Positions 12,516 to 27,500 of a stretch of 64,000 bases of DNA are shown here, piece by piece. The stretch lies in contig JACOVG010000012.1 in assembly GCA_016177405.1 (NCBI GenBank), positions 5,385 through 69,384 on the forward strand, read 5' to 3'. The stretch's first letter is position 1. Every line of letters starts with the position of its first letter. The notes under the pieces are model-generated. The model made no database searches. It worked only from the letters and a program-made list of their open reading frames with translations, and was not told where the DNA came from. The translations under genes and the position numbers were made by a program. The DNA is from Candidatus Omnitrophota bacterium (lineage in GTDB: Bacteria; Omnitrophota; Gorgyraeia; 1-14-0-20-64-10).

Positions 12516-13808
12516 ATGACCCCCGCCCCCGCCAAAGACCTCCCCGTCCGCGCGACCTTAAAGGAGCTTTCCCCCTGCGAGAAACAGCTCGCGGTGGAGG
12601 TCCCGGCCGAGTCTGTCCGTGAGGAGGAAGAGGCCGTCTATCAGGATCTCAAAAGGGTGGCCCGGGTCCCCGGCTTCCGGGTGGGCCACGCCCCGGCCGA
12701 CCTCATCCAGCGCTACCACGGGGACAAGGCCCGGGAGGAGCTGATTCAACGCCTGGTCAACCGGTCGCTCGACGCGGCCCTGCAGGAGAAGGGCCCCCTG
12801 GATCTGGTGGGCCGCCCGGTGATTTCCGAATTGAAGCTGGCCGCCGGCGGGGGGACGCTCACCTACGTCGCCAAGCTGGAGATCGCCCCGAGGGTTCCGG
12901 TGGGCCGGTACAAGAAGCTGCGGCTCACCCGGCGCTCGGCCGCGATCACCGAGAGCGCGGTCGAGCAAGTGGTGAAACAGCTTCAGGAGCACCACGGGGA
13001 ATTGAGGCCCATCCTGGAGAATCGGGCCGTCCGGGCGGGCGACTTTCTCCTGGCGGATCTGACCCAGACCCCGGCGGGAAAGGCCCCGGAGAAGAAAAGG
13101 GATCTTCTCCTGTCGGTGGCGCCGGAGCCGGAGAAGGAATCCGAGGGGATCTCCAAGGATCTCCTGGGAATGACCCCGGGCCAGAAGCGGGAGATTCATC
13201 TTAAGGATTCCACCGCGCTGGTGGTGGAGCTGAAGGCGATCAAGGAGAAGGTTCTGCCGCCCGTGGACGACGCGCTGGCGCAGGCCGCGGGCTCTTTCCA
13301 GACGCTCGCGGATCTCAAGGCGCAAGTCCGCAAGGAGCTCACCGAGCGCGCCCAGGCCGGCCAGCGGCAGGCGCTGGAATCGCAGGCGCTGGAGGAGCTC
13401 CTCGCGAGCTGGAGCTTCGAGGTCCCTCCCTCCCTCGTGGCCTCGCAGGCCAAGAGACTGCTCAAGGAGAATACCCTGGAGCTCATCTCGCGGGGGGTCA
13501 AGCCCGAGGAGGTGGAGGGGCGCTCCAAGCTCCTGACCGAGCAGGCCAAGCGGGACGCCTTGAAGGACGTGAGGATCTTCTTCATCCTGCGCGCGGTCGC
13601 CAAAGCCGAGGGGCTGTCGGCCACCGAGGAAGAGCTGAACCAGCGGGTCGAGGCGCTGTCCAAACGGTTGAACTTGACCCCGGAGGAGGTTCGCAAGGAC
13701 CTGGAAGCGAGGGAGCTTTTGGAGGGGATGGCCTGGTCCATCACCCGGGCCAAGATTTTGGATCTCATCATTCGTGAAGCGGAAATTGAAGAGGAGAAAA
13801 TCAGATGA
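12516..13808 (+). CDS. tig: Trigger factor
   Basis: [12 protein letters not shown] signature, [17 protein letters not shown]; upstream of clpP. Confidence 0.92.
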   Translation: MTPAPAKDLPVRATLKELSPCEKQLAVEVPAESVREEEEAVYQDLKRVARVPGFRVGHAPADLIQRYHGDKAREELIQRLVNRSLDAALQEKGPLDLVGRPVISELKLAAGGGTLTYVAKLEIAPRVPVGRYKKLRLTRRSAAITESAVEQVVKQLQEHHGELRPILENRAVRAGDFLLADLTQTPAGKAPEKKRDLLLSVAPEPEKESEGISKDLLGMTPGQKREIHLKDSTALVVELKAIKEKVLPPVDDALAQAAGSFQTLADLKAQVRKELTERAQAGQRQALESQALEELLASWSFEVPPSLVASQAKRLLKENTLELISRGVKPEEVEGRSKLLTEQAKRDALKDVRIFFILRAVAKAEGLSATEEELNQRVEALSKRLNLTPEEVRKDLEARELLEGMAWSITRAKILDLIIREAEIEEEKIR

Positions 13809-14407
13809 CCGAGCGCAGCCAAACGTTGGTTCCCATGGTGGTGGAGCAGACCGGCCGGGGCGAGCGGGCCTACGACATCTATTCCCGGCTTCTCAAGGAC
13901 CGGATCGTCTTCATCGGTTCGGTGGTGGACGACCTGATGGCCAACCTGGTGATTGCCCAGATGCTCTTCCTTCAGATGGAGGATTCCAACAAGGAGATCA
14001 ACGTCTACGTGAACTCCCCGGGCGGCTCGGTGACGGCGGGGCTGGCCATCTACGACACGATGCAGTTCATGAAGCCCGACGTGGCCACCTACTGCATGGG
14101 ACAGGCAAGCTCGATGGGCGCCCTCCTGTTGTGCGCCGGCGCCAAGGGCAAGCGCTTCAGTCTGCCCCACGCCCGCATCATGATCCATCAGCCCTGGGGC
14201 GGGGTGCAGGGGGCCGCCGCCGACATCTCGATCCAGGCCAAGGAGATCCTCCGCCTGCGCGACCGGATCAACGAGATCCTGTCCCTGCACACCGGGCAGA
14301 GCCTGGAGCGGGTCGCCAAAGACACCGACCGGGATTTCTTCATGTCCGCCGATGAGGCCAAGGAGTACGGCTTGATTGACGAGGTGATCCGAGGCAAGAA
14401 AAAATGA
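13805..14407 (+). CDS. clpP: ATP-dependent Clp protease proteolytic subunit
   Basis: [48 protein letters not shown]. Confidence 0.98.
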   Translation: MTERSQTLVPMVVEQTGRGERAYDIYSRLLKDRIVFIGSVVDDLMANLVIAQMLFLQMEDSNKEINVYVNSPGGSVTAGLAIYDTMQFMKPDVATYCMGQASSMGALLLCAGAKGKRFSLPHARIMIHQPWGGVQGAAADISIQAKEILRLRDRINEILSLHTGQSLERVAKDTDRDFFMSADEAKEYGLIDEVIRGKKK

Positions 14408-14464
14408 CCGAGCAAGCGAACCTTAATTCCAAGCTCGGTCATCCCGAGCGAAGCGAGGGATCTC
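14404..14464. repeat. REP-like palindromic element translated in frame (HPERSEGS)
   Basis: ATGACCGAGC..GCTCGGTCAT inverted repeat overlapping GTCATCCCGAGCGAAGCGAGGGATCTC; similar copy at 40964-41011. Confidence 0.7.
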
Positions 14465-15573
14465 ATGACCCCATCCTCTTAACGCCGGGCCCCACCATCG
14501 TGCCGCCCGAGGTCCGCCAGGCCCTGGGCCGCCCGATGGTCCATCACCGGACGGCGGAGTTCAGGGCCGTCCTGCAGGAGGTGGAGTCGGGCCTTAAGGC
14601 GCTCTTTAAAACCTCGGAGCTCGTGCTGATTTTGACCAGCTCCGGCACCGGCGCCATGGAGGCGGCGGCCGTGAATCTCCTTTCGGCGGGCGACGAAGCC
14701 CTCGTGATCCAGGGGGGCAAGTTCGGCGAGCGCTGGCGCGAGATCTGCGAGGCCTACGGCGTGAAGGTGATCGCGGTCGATCCCCCGTGGGGAAAGCCTC
14801 TGCCGCCGCGCCTGATCTCGGAGGCCCTGCGCCAGCACCCCGGCGCGCGGGCGGTCTTCGCCACCCTGTGCGAGACCTCCACCGGGGTGGCCTACGACCT
14901 CAAGGCCATCCGCCAGGCGATGGGAGATTGCGAGGCGCTTCTGGTGGTGGACGCGATCAGCGGCCTTCTGGCCGAGCCCTTTGACATGGATGCCTCTGGC
15001 GTGGACGCGGCGGTCTGCGGCTCCCAGAAGGGGATGATGCTCCCGCCGGGCCTGGCCTTCATCGCCCTAAGCCCGCGGGCTTGGGAGGCGGCCAAATCTT
15101 CCCGCCTGCCCAAGTATTACTTCAACCTTCTGAAGGCGCGCGCCAGCTGGGAGAAGGAGATGGACACCCCCTTCACGCCGGCCATCACCCTTTTGGTGGG
15201 CTTGAACGAGTCGCTCAAAAAGATTCAGGGGCAGGGCGGGGTGGACCGGTTCGTCCAGCGGCATCAGGGGCAGGCCCAGGCGCTTCGCCAAAGCCTGCAG
15301 GCGCTGGGCCTTCAGCTTTACGCGGACCCGGCCTGCGCCTCCAACGCCGTGACCGCCGTGAAGGTCCCGGACGGGGTCAACGGCAAGGATCTCATCTCAA
15401 AGATCAAGAAGCAGGGCATCACGGTGGCCGGCGGCCAGGGCAAGGAGCTCTCGGGCAAGATCTTCCGGATCGCCTCCATGGGGGTGGTCGGCTCCGCAGA
15501 GCTCGACCGGTGCCTTCAGGCGCTCACCCAGGCGCTGACCGAATTGGGCTGGAAGGCGCCCTCCCATGGCTGA
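14404..15573 (+). CDS. Class V PLP aminotransferase (serine-pyruvate/alanine-glyoxylate type; probable SerC substitute)
   Basis: [53 protein letters not shown]; coupled to serA. Confidence 0.9.
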   Translation: MTEQANLNSKLGHPERSEGSHDPILLTPGPTIVPPEVRQALGRPMVHHRTAEFRAVLQEVESGLKALFKTSELVLILTSSGTGAMEAAAVNLLSAGDEALVIQGGKFGERWREICEAYGVKVIAVDPPWGKPLPPRLISEALRQHPGARAVFATLCETSTGVAYDLKAIRQAMGDCEALLVVDAISGLLAEPFDMDASGVDAAVCGSQKGMMLPPGLAFIALSPRAWEAAKSSRLPKYYFNLLKARASWEKEMDTPFTPAITLLVGLNESLKKIQGQGGVDRFVQRHQGQAQALRQSLQALGLQLYADPACASNAVTAVKVPDGVNGKDLISKIKKQGITVAGGQGKELSGKIFRIASMGVVGSAELDRCLQALTQALTELGWKAPSHG

Positions 15574-17161
15574 TCCCATCCGCATCCTGGTGACCGACCC
15601 TCTCTCGGACGAGGGGGTCCAGCTGCTGAAATCGTCCGATCGGATCACGGTGGACGTCAAGACCAAACTGCCCCCGGCCGAGCTCATCGGTTTGATCGGC
15701 GGCTACGAGGGCCTCGTGGTCCGCTCCGGCACCCAGGTGACCCGGGAGGTGCTGTTGGCGGCCAAGCGCCTCAAGGTGATCGGCCGGGCCGGCGCGGGCC
15801 TGGACAACATCGATCTGGAGACCGCCTCCAAGCAGGGGATCATCGTGATGAACGCCGCCGGCGGCAACACGATCTCCACCGCCGAGCACGCGATGAGCCT
15901 CCTCATGAGCCTCGCCCGCAACATCCCGCAGGCCACCCAGTCGATCAAGGAGGGCCAGTGGAACCGGACCAAGTTCACCGGGGTGGAGCTGTTCGGAAAA
16001 TTCCTGGGCATTGTGGGGCTGGGCCGGGTGGGCACCGAGGTGGCCAAGAGGGCGCTTGCCTACGGGATGAGGCTCGTGGTCTACGATCCCTATCTTTCGC
16101 AGGAGCGGGTCCGGGAGCTGGACGCCCATCCGGCGAAGGATTTGAAGGAGCTCTTCGCCCAGGCCGACTTCATCACCATCCATACCCCGCTCTCCGACGA
16201 AACCCGCCAGCTCATCGGGGAGCGCGAGCTGGCCCTGATGAAAAAGGGAGTCCGGATCGTGAACTGCGCCCGGGGCGGGATCATCAACGAGGCGGCCCTG
16301 GCCGACGCCATCCGATCCGGCCACGTGGCCGGCGCGGCGCTGGATGTTTTTGAGAAGGAGCCCCCCACCTGCAAGGAGCTCCTCGCCCTGCCGCAGGTGG
16401 TGGCCACCCCCCACCTCGGGGCCTCCACGGTGGAGGCCCAGCTCTCGGTGGCCACCGACATCGCCCTTTGCGTGCGGGACTGCCTCCTGGGCCGCGGGGT
16501 GCGAAACGCCGTGAACTTTCCCTCGGTTGACCCGGAGGTTCTGGCCCTGATCGACCCCTACCTCAAGCTCGTCGAGAAGATGGGCGCCATGCACGCCCAG
16601 CTTGCCGAGGGTTCCCCCCGGGAGATCAGGATCCGCTACGTCGGGGAGATCACCCGCCTGTCCCTGGCCCCGGTGACGGTCGCCTTCATCAAGGGGCTGC
16701 TCACCCCGGCTTTGCAGGAGACGGTGAACTACGTCAACGCCGGCGTCATCGCCAAGGAGCGCGGCATCAAGGTGATCGAGTCCAAGGCCACCGAGGCGCA
16801 GGACTTCGCCAACCTGATCGCCACCACCCTGGAGACCGACCGCGGCCGGACCGAGATCCACGGCACCCTCTTCACCCGGACCGACCCGCGGATCGTCCGG
16901 ATCGACGATTTCTACATGGATGCCGTCGCCTCCGGCTCGGTCCTGGTGATCCGCAACCAGGACAAGCCCGGCATGATCGGCCGGGTGGGCAGCGCCTTGG
17001 GGGCGCGCGGGATCAACATCGCCTGGATGACCTTCGGCCGGAAGGCCCAGGGGGGCGAGGCGATGACCGTCCTCAATGTGGATCAGCCGGTCTCCCCCGA
17101 GGTGCTGGCCGAGCTCGCGAAGCTTCCCGACGTCCTCGGCGTCAAACTGGTCAAGCTCTAA
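15566..17161 (+). CDS. serA: D-3-phosphoglycerate dehydrogenase
   Basis: RAGAGLDNID, NTISTAEH, GLGRVG, NCARGGI, TPHLGASTVEAQ, C-terminal ACT (NQDKPGMIG). Confidence 0.96.
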   Translation: MADPIRILVTDPLSDEGVQLLKSSDRITVDVKTKLPPAELIGLIGGYEGLVVRSGTQVTREVLLAAKRLKVIGRAGAGLDNIDLETASKQGIIVMNAAGGNTISTAEHAMSLLMSLARNIPQATQSIKEGQWNRTKFTGVELFGKFLGIVGLGRVGTEVAKRALAYGMRLVVYDPYLSQERVRELDAHPAKDLKELFAQADFITIHTPLSDETRQLIGERELALMKKGVRIVNCARGGIINEAALADAIRSGHVAGAALDVFEKEPPTCKELLALPQVVATPHLGASTVEAQLSVATDIALCVRDCLLGRGVRNAVNFPSVDPEVLALIDPYLKLVEKMGAMHAQLAEGSPREIRIRYVGEITRLSLAPVTVAFIKGLLTPALQETVNYVNAGVIAKERGIKVIESKATEAQDFANLIATTLETDRGRTEIHGTLFTRTDPRIVRIDDFYMDAVASGSVLVIRNQDKPGMIGRVGSALGARGINIAWMTFGRKAQGGEAMTVLNVDQPVSPEVLAELAKLPDVLGVKLVKL

Positions 17162-17171
17162 GATTTCCTGA

Positions 17172-20682
<3,511 letters not shown>

Positions 20683-20704
20683 ACAAAAACAGTGAGGTGC
20701 CGGC

Positions 20705-21328
20705 ATGAAGAATAAGTTTTGGGTGTTGGTTTTTCTTGTCCTTTTCGGCTGGGCGGCCTTGAGTTTCGCCCAGGAGACCGTCTGGCTGGACGACGCCGTG
20801 GCCCCCGGTGGTGCCACCGAAGGCAGCTGGCTCTGGGAGGATTCCGCCGAGGCCAGCGGCGGCAAGGCCCACGCGCATCCCTCGGCCAAGGGCCAGCAGT
20901 CTCACGGCATCGGCTTGGCGCCCGCCCTCCTGCCGGCCAACGGCATGATCAGCCAGACGGTCTGGCTGGACCCCCAGGACCCGCCCCGGGGGATCATGCT
21001 CAAGGTGAAAACCGAGACCGGCGAGGAAGCCGGCGTCTACTGGGAAGGGGAAGAGGAGGTCTTTGTCCCGGCCGACGAGGAGGAGGTTTTCTACTACGGC
21101 CTTCTGCCCGAGCTGGGCAAGTGGGTCACACTGGAGGTGCTGGCCGAGGATTTGGGGCTGGAGGACGAAAAGATCGCCCAGATCACCTTTGTGACCTTTG
21201 ACGGCCGGGTTTTGTGGGACAAAACGGTCCTCACCGAGGCGCCACCGGCCGAGGAGGTCGAGTTCTTCCCGGATCTTTCCCCGCCGGTTCCGCAGGAAGA
21301 GGCCCCGCTCCCGGGGAATATTGAATAG
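20705..21328 (+). CDS. Secreted acidic hypothetical protein
   Basis: Signal peptide MKNKFWVLVFLVLFGWAALSFA; SD GAGGTG; beta-rich, Glu/Asp-rich mature part. Confidence 0.75.
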   Translation: MKNKFWVLVFLVLFGWAALSFAQETVWLDDAVAPGGATEGSWLWEDSAEASGGKAHAHPSAKGQQSHGIGLAPALLPANGMISQTVWLDPQDPPRGIMLKVKTETGEEAGVYWEGEEEVFVPADEEEVFYYGLLPELGKWVTLEVLAEDLGLEDEKIAQITFVTFDGRVLWDKTVLTEAPPAEEVEFFPDLSPPVPQEEAPLPGNIE

Positions 21329-21384
21329 TAGAGGGTTTCATATTTTGCAAATGTTAATGGTAATTGAGTTTTTGATAGGAGATA

Positions 21385-21414
21385 TTGACAACCCCCGCGT
21401 CCATCAGATAAACT
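21385..21414 (+). promoter_or_regulatory. sigma70-type promoter for the giant gene pair
   Basis: TTGACA (21385-21390), 18 nt, TAAACT (21409-21414), in an AT-rich intergenic region. Confidence 0.55.
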
Positions 21415-21433
21415 CCCTTACGTAGTCGATTCA

Positions 21434-21469
21434 ACACCCTGGGTCCGTCCCATAGCGGGCCCAGGGTGT
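21434..21469 (+). promoter_or_regulatory. Strong hairpin in the putative 5' UTR of the 3784-aa gene
   Basis: ACACCCTGGGTCCG, 8-nt loop, CGGGCCCAGGGTGT: 14-bp stem with one G-U pair and no U-tract. Confidence 0.6.
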
Positions 21470-21517
21470 CCGTCTATATGGAATAGATGAGGGTTTAAAG
21501 AAGCTTTTATCTCCCCG

Positions 21518-24500
21518 ATGAAGCCAAACCTGAATCAGGAAGAAAGTCGGTGTCAGACACCGAAACCGGTGTCTGACACCGTTGTTCCTCGCCTCTTCCT
21601 TAATAAGCGACCCCTCGCCCTCCTGCTCGTCCTCACCTCCCTCACCACCTGGGCTTGCCCCGCTTTTGCCCTGCGCCCGGCCGCCCCCAAGGAATCCGGC
21701 CTCGAGGAAGAGCTCTCCCGGACCCTCACTTCAGCCCCCGCTCGCCCTGAACTTGTCGCAGGGCCCGCCTCCGGCCTGGAGGAATGGAGTGACCGTTTTC
21801 ATTTCATAATCTTTCCAGAGGGAGATCGAGACGACCGGGCAATCGCTACTGGGTTTGGTCCTGCCGATCATACCCTCTGGATCCGAATCATCCAGAGTGA
21901 CGGTTTCACCTCTCGTCTTGGGTTCCAAGTAAAGGACCCTTCAGAAAGAGCCTTCCCCGGAGAAGTTCTGGTTTTACCTGGCAGGACCATAGGGAATTTG
22001 CTCCGGAAGACGGTGCCACAAAGAGATCTTTGGCGCGCTTGGGATATAGGAGTAGATAAGCTCACCCCTTACAAGCGCCGGAGTGAACTCGCGGCTTTCC
22101 TGGCGCGTTATCCGGAATTTTGGAAGGCGGTCCAAAAACAAAAGGCGTTAGCCATCGCGGGAGGCCGCGACGAGCAGGCCCTAAGTTTCCAAAGTGGCGA
22201 TTACGCCGTCCTTTTCTATACCCCCGGGGAGGATCCGGCCCAGTGGAAAATCTTTGCAGATCTTTCGGCCAATCCGCATCGCGATGATCAGCCAGTCACC
22301 TTAACATTCTCCGTTTCGCCTCGCCACGAGTTCAATCGAAAAAGTGTTTACCTGAAGCGGCGGGGTCTCCCGTCATCTTCTGCCCAACCTTTCTCGCAAC
22401 GGCAGACTCTTACCCATCAGCGCGCCCCTAACCCCCCCTCCGGCCTGGAGGAGCTGGGGGCGAGATTGGCCGAGATTCCATTGTCGGCCGGACTGACAAA
22501 ACTTTTTCAAGGCCTGGGCCAGACCCAGCCCGACATGGTGGATCGGTTTCTGACCATCCAGGAATCGGCAAAGAAGCAATGGCTGGCGATTCTTGAGAAG
22601 CATCCCGGCGAGCTGAAGATGGCCGTGGTTATTCCCGCCTACTCGAGGGGTGTGGACCGGATTCGATCGCAGGACTCGCTGACGCTGAAGCTTCTGCAGC
22701 TTAAGAAGCTGGCCGAAGCGGATACCCGGGGCCGTGTCCGATTCGTGATCTACGTGGTGGATGACAAGCCGGAGGCAGGACTTCAGGCGGAGGTGGATCG
22801 GGCCCGGCAAGCGGCAGGGGTGACTCCAGAAGGGCCTGTTCAGGTCCGATACCTCCGATTGCAGGACGCCGTGGACAAGCGGCGTCCGGATCTCAAGGAT
22901 CTATGGTTCGACCTCGTGCCGGGGGAGCAGGGCTCCAGAAGAAGCATCAAGTGGGGCGCGGTGAGATACGGCATGAGTGTCGCGGTGGAAGAAGGAGCCC
23001 GGGTGGTCGGCATGACCGACGCCGATTCCAACCAGCAAGCCTCCGAGCTTCCCAACCTCTTCGCGCCCATTCTCTTGGAGGATCGCGCGGCGGCCGTCGG
23101 ATCCCGCTTCTTAAATGGATCTGCTTCAAACAACGATCAGATCGGCCCCCACAACTTCATTGAATATTTCCTCTATAACCCCCTGGTCAAGCTCGCCATG
23201 CCGGAGATCGCTCCCATCGAAGATCTCCAGTCGGGACTCAAGGCCTTTTCGGCGAAGTTCCTGAAGGCCGCTCTGCCCAAGATGGCTACCCACAAGTTTG
23301 CCGGAGATTCGGAACTGCTGTTTTTGATGGCTCAAGCGGGCGGCCGCATCGCCGAGGTTCCCCGGTCCGAAATCGAGGAAAGCCCCGGCCAAAGCGCGGT
23401 AAATCCCGCCAGCTACATGAGCTTTGTTGAGCAACTAAAACTGCAACTGGTCCTGCACGCCGGCGGAAGAGGATTCCCGCCCGCCGCTTCAAGGTTTGGC
23501 CGGGCGATTCAAGGTCTCAACGTTGGTTTTTGGACGGCGCAGCGCCGCCGTTTCGAGCAGGCGCTGAATGAGGTGCAGGCGGGAAGGAAAACGCATGCCG
23601 AGGTAGAAGGGTTGTTACACGACCTCCTTTTCCCCGCCACGGGCCTGGAGGAGGGGGAGGAGTTCACCGGCGAGGCCCATCCGGGCGATATCATCTGGAA
23701 TCCGAACGACCCGCAGGGGATCCGGTACGTGGTGGATCGCCTGGAGGGCGGCAGGGTCGTCGCCCACCCGGAGAAGGAGCCGAAAGCCGTCGTCCGATTT
23801 CACCCGGATGCGCTGAAGCGCGATTTCAAACGCGCCTCTCCTCCCCTCAAGACGCTGAAAGAGCGGGCCGCTCAAGTCCCAGCCGAGGTTCAGGAGCTTT
23901 CCATCCGCGGGGGGCGCCGGCTGGAAAAACAACGGGCGGCCTTTTATCGAATTCAGGATCTGATTGGGCAGGACCCAGAGGTCTTGAGGCGGCTGAAGTC
24001 TGTTCGGGTGGGGGCCAAGGTGGTTTTATACGGCGCTACCTCCGAGGAGCTTTCTCACTTCCAGGGATTGGGCCTTGAGCCCGCCGATTACGATTTTGTT
24101 TTGCTGGAGCCGGTCTCGAACCCGGGAATGGCCGGCGATTTGGTGAAGAAGGCTTGGATGAAGGCCTCGGTGGTCTTCGCGGGGATTTCGGTGATGGACT
24201 TCATCACCCTGGTCCAGCCGCCGGGCGTTGCCGGCAGCAAGGAGAGACTTCCGTTTCCCGATTGGGCCGACCCGGCAAAACCGCTCACCGTGGTGGATCA
24301 ATTTCCTGAAGGAGCCGCCGCATACCTGGCCAAGGCGGAGCGGGTGATCTCCGGAGGGCCTTCTCACAGCGGGGCCAGAGTTGCCTGGCAGACGCTGGGA
24401 GGCGGGGTCCAGGGGCTGGGTAAGCGGGGAGATGTCCGGGTTTCTCATGTCTCCCGCGTGGGCGAAGGGACAGAAGGAGAGAAGCTCCTGGTTTCTCTGC

Positions 24501-27500
24501 GGGATTTAAGAGAGTCGGGGGAAGGGGTGGAGGTCTCCGGAATGAAGCCGGCCAAAGGAAGGGTGAATGCCTCCACGCTGGTTCTCTCCCAGCCCGAGGG
24601 AAAGCGCAATTTCATCCACCAGCTGGGGGCCAGCAACGAGCTTACCCCAGCCGATGTCCCGGACTCGGCTTTCCAGGGCGAGATCTTCTCCCTTCACGGG
24701 TCGGAGCTCGCCCAGAGGTTCATGAAGGGCGGGAAAGGGGTGATCGCGCTCCTGGAAAGAGCCAAGGCAGCCGGAGCCATCACGACCTGGGACACCGTCG
24801 TGGATCCCTTTCAACATTGGGGTTCGGGGAATCTCTCCGACAGAGATTTCGAAAAACTCCTTTCCCTCATCGACGTCTTCACCCCGTCGTTTGGGGAGGC
24901 GCTTGACATCATCCGCTTGCGGGAGGGGCTTTCCGATGCCCAGGTAAAGAAGTGGGCCCCCAGCCAGGCGGCGCGCTATTTTCTGGACCGCGGTTCCGAG
25001 GCCCTCTTCCTGAAGCTGGACGAGAAGGGGTCGCTCATCTGGACCACCCAGCGTTCCATCTTTGGCAGGCCGGCCCATTTCAGGATGCCGGTTCTCTGGG
25101 GCTTGAAGAAGAGGGACGGCACCGGAACCGGCGACGCCTACTCCGCCGCGGTCATCGTCGGCATCCTCATGGACTGGCCGGTGGAAAAGATTGCCCGGGT
25201 GGCCACCGCCGCCGGCGGGCTCGTTCTGGAAAATTACGGCGGGACCCTGGGGGATTACACCTTCCCCGACGTCCTCAAAGCGGCCGAGCGTCTTGAGGGC
25301 CAGATCGACGTGAAGATGGCTCTGGATTACCCGACTCTCTCCCTTTGGGAGGTGAGGCCTGGCGGGACCTCCGCGGGCTTTCCAGAGGGGCTCCTTCCGG
25401 AGGCCAAACCGGAATTGGATACCCTGCTTCTTCTGGCGGTGAGGCCTGATGAGGCGATCGCGGTGGCCGAAGGCCAGCCGGACGACCATCTTGCTAGAGG
25501 TCCTGTCGACAGGTTAAGGGTGCGCCTGAATGGGCGAACCGGCCCTCTTTCGCCGTCTGAAGAAGCGCTGGCCGAAGCCGTCCAGCGAGAGCCCCGCTTG
25601 GGTTCCACCCGCTCCACCCAGGAGCAGAGCGATCTTTTGACCTACATCGCAAGCGCTCTCCTCATTCCCCCCGCCATCGATGACCCCTCCGCTGCCGGCT
25701 TGGAGGAAAAGAATCGCAAGCCGGAGGCTGCCTCGGCGGTCTGGGACGGTTTGACCGTTGACCAGGCAGCGGAAATGCTTTTTGCTTACCGCCTGCGGAA
25801 GTCTTTGTACGCTGGTCGGAAGATCTTCCCCGTGGCCGGCAGTAAATCTTTTTTGGACACGATGTTCAACGGAGAGATCCGCAGCTGGCTGCAGACGGTA
25901 GCGAATGGTCATCCAAACGAATCGCTGAAACTTGTCGATGATGGCACGACCGTTTACGCCAGCTCTTCCGCCACGGGCCTGGAGGAGGGGGGCCAGGAGA
26001 AGGTTCAGAACGAGGTTCAGGAGGCCCTCTTGAGATTCCAGGGGCTCTTGTCCCACGCGACCAGCAAGGATTTGCACGTTTTGAGCCCCCAGACGCTCAA
26101 ACGGCTCCCGGATCTCCAAGGCTTAGGCGGCTTTGGTTTATTCCTGTTGCCTGACTCGAAGTTGCCGTTAGATCAGCTTCCGGGAGCAATAAAGAGGCGG
26201 TTGGGCAGAAGGCCCAAGGCCAATTTCTACGGCGCCGGAGCGGAAACCACTATCCTGGGGCTTGCCGCCCCGGGAGCGGGCGGTAGGTCTGGCTGGCTCA
26301 ATCTGGTTGTTGCAGGCAATGGGACGCTCGAGGAGTTCCTAGCAGGAACCCTGCTTCCCGGCTTGGGCATTCCCGACAAGCACTGGAAGGGCGAGGATGA
26401 TCTCGCGCAGATTGCGCTCGACCTGTGGACGCTGGCTCCTGCGCGAGCTGCCGGGCTGGAGGAAAAGCCCCAAACGGAGGACCAAGAGGACGAGTGGGGC
26501 GGGGTGGTTCGGCTGAATCTCTATGCCGAGCCGGATAGGGACGACCGGATTGTTATTTATAATCTCGGAGGCAGCCGCGCCGTCTGGGTCAAGTGGCTGA
26601 AAACAGAAAATCCCTCCAGGATCAGCGTAGGTTTCCTCGCGGCCGATGCCGGAGGAAGGCATTTGCCGGGCGATGTCGTCGTGCTAAGCGGGGAAACCGT
26701 CCAGCGCGCCCTGGATGAAGCCCAGAGCCCTCAATGGATCTGGCCGGCTTCCAATCGAATCCCGGATCTTCGCGACCCGGGAATCCGCGTCGCCATTCGG
26801 AAGGCAATGGAAAAGCGCCTGTCCGAAGCGAAGGCAAGTTTCCTCCAAGTCCCTCCTGCTCCTCAAGAGATGGAATTCAGGGATGGAGGCTACGCCGTTG
26901 TCTTTGACACCGCCGGAGATGACCCCTCAAGCTGGCGCCCCGTGGCCGACCTTTCCGTTCTTCCGAAAAACCAGAGGAAAATAGAGCTCGTTTTATCGGC
27001 TTTAGGTGAGGTGAACCTCGACAGAAAGAGCCAGAGCCAATTTCACCAGGAAAACGACCAACCCGCCGTTGATCCCTGGGGCTCGGTTTCCTCGCCTCTC
27101 GTGAGCGGCGACGCCTGGAGGAGGAAAGTCCAAAGCCAGCTCGATGATTACGTGACCGTGGTGCAAGCCCCGCCTCAAGGGCACGAGGAAAGGGATCCGG
27201 ATTTTCCCTCCAAAGAATTGCTCGAGGGCGTTCATTCTATAGAGGGAAGCTTGAAGGATGGAAAGGGGCCGGCGGTTGCCGAGGTCATCCGAAAAGTCCG
27301 CGGGAACTTAAGGGCGCTGGAAAGAGGAGGCCGGATTTCTCCTGTGGATTTCGAAGCCCTGGATGATCTTCTGGAGACAGCCGTGATCGAAGCCGAGCGT
27401 CCCCGCCGCCTTCCCGCCGGCCCTTCGGCTGTCCCCCCTCGGCCCCTCGATGAGAAAGAGGCCCCCCCAAGTGAATTCGCGGAGGGCATCCCCCTCGGCC

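Noticed and set aside
14404-17161. Class V aminotransferase next to serA as a novel pathway
   Set aside because: This is a common arrangement in which the aminotransferase substitutes for SerC.
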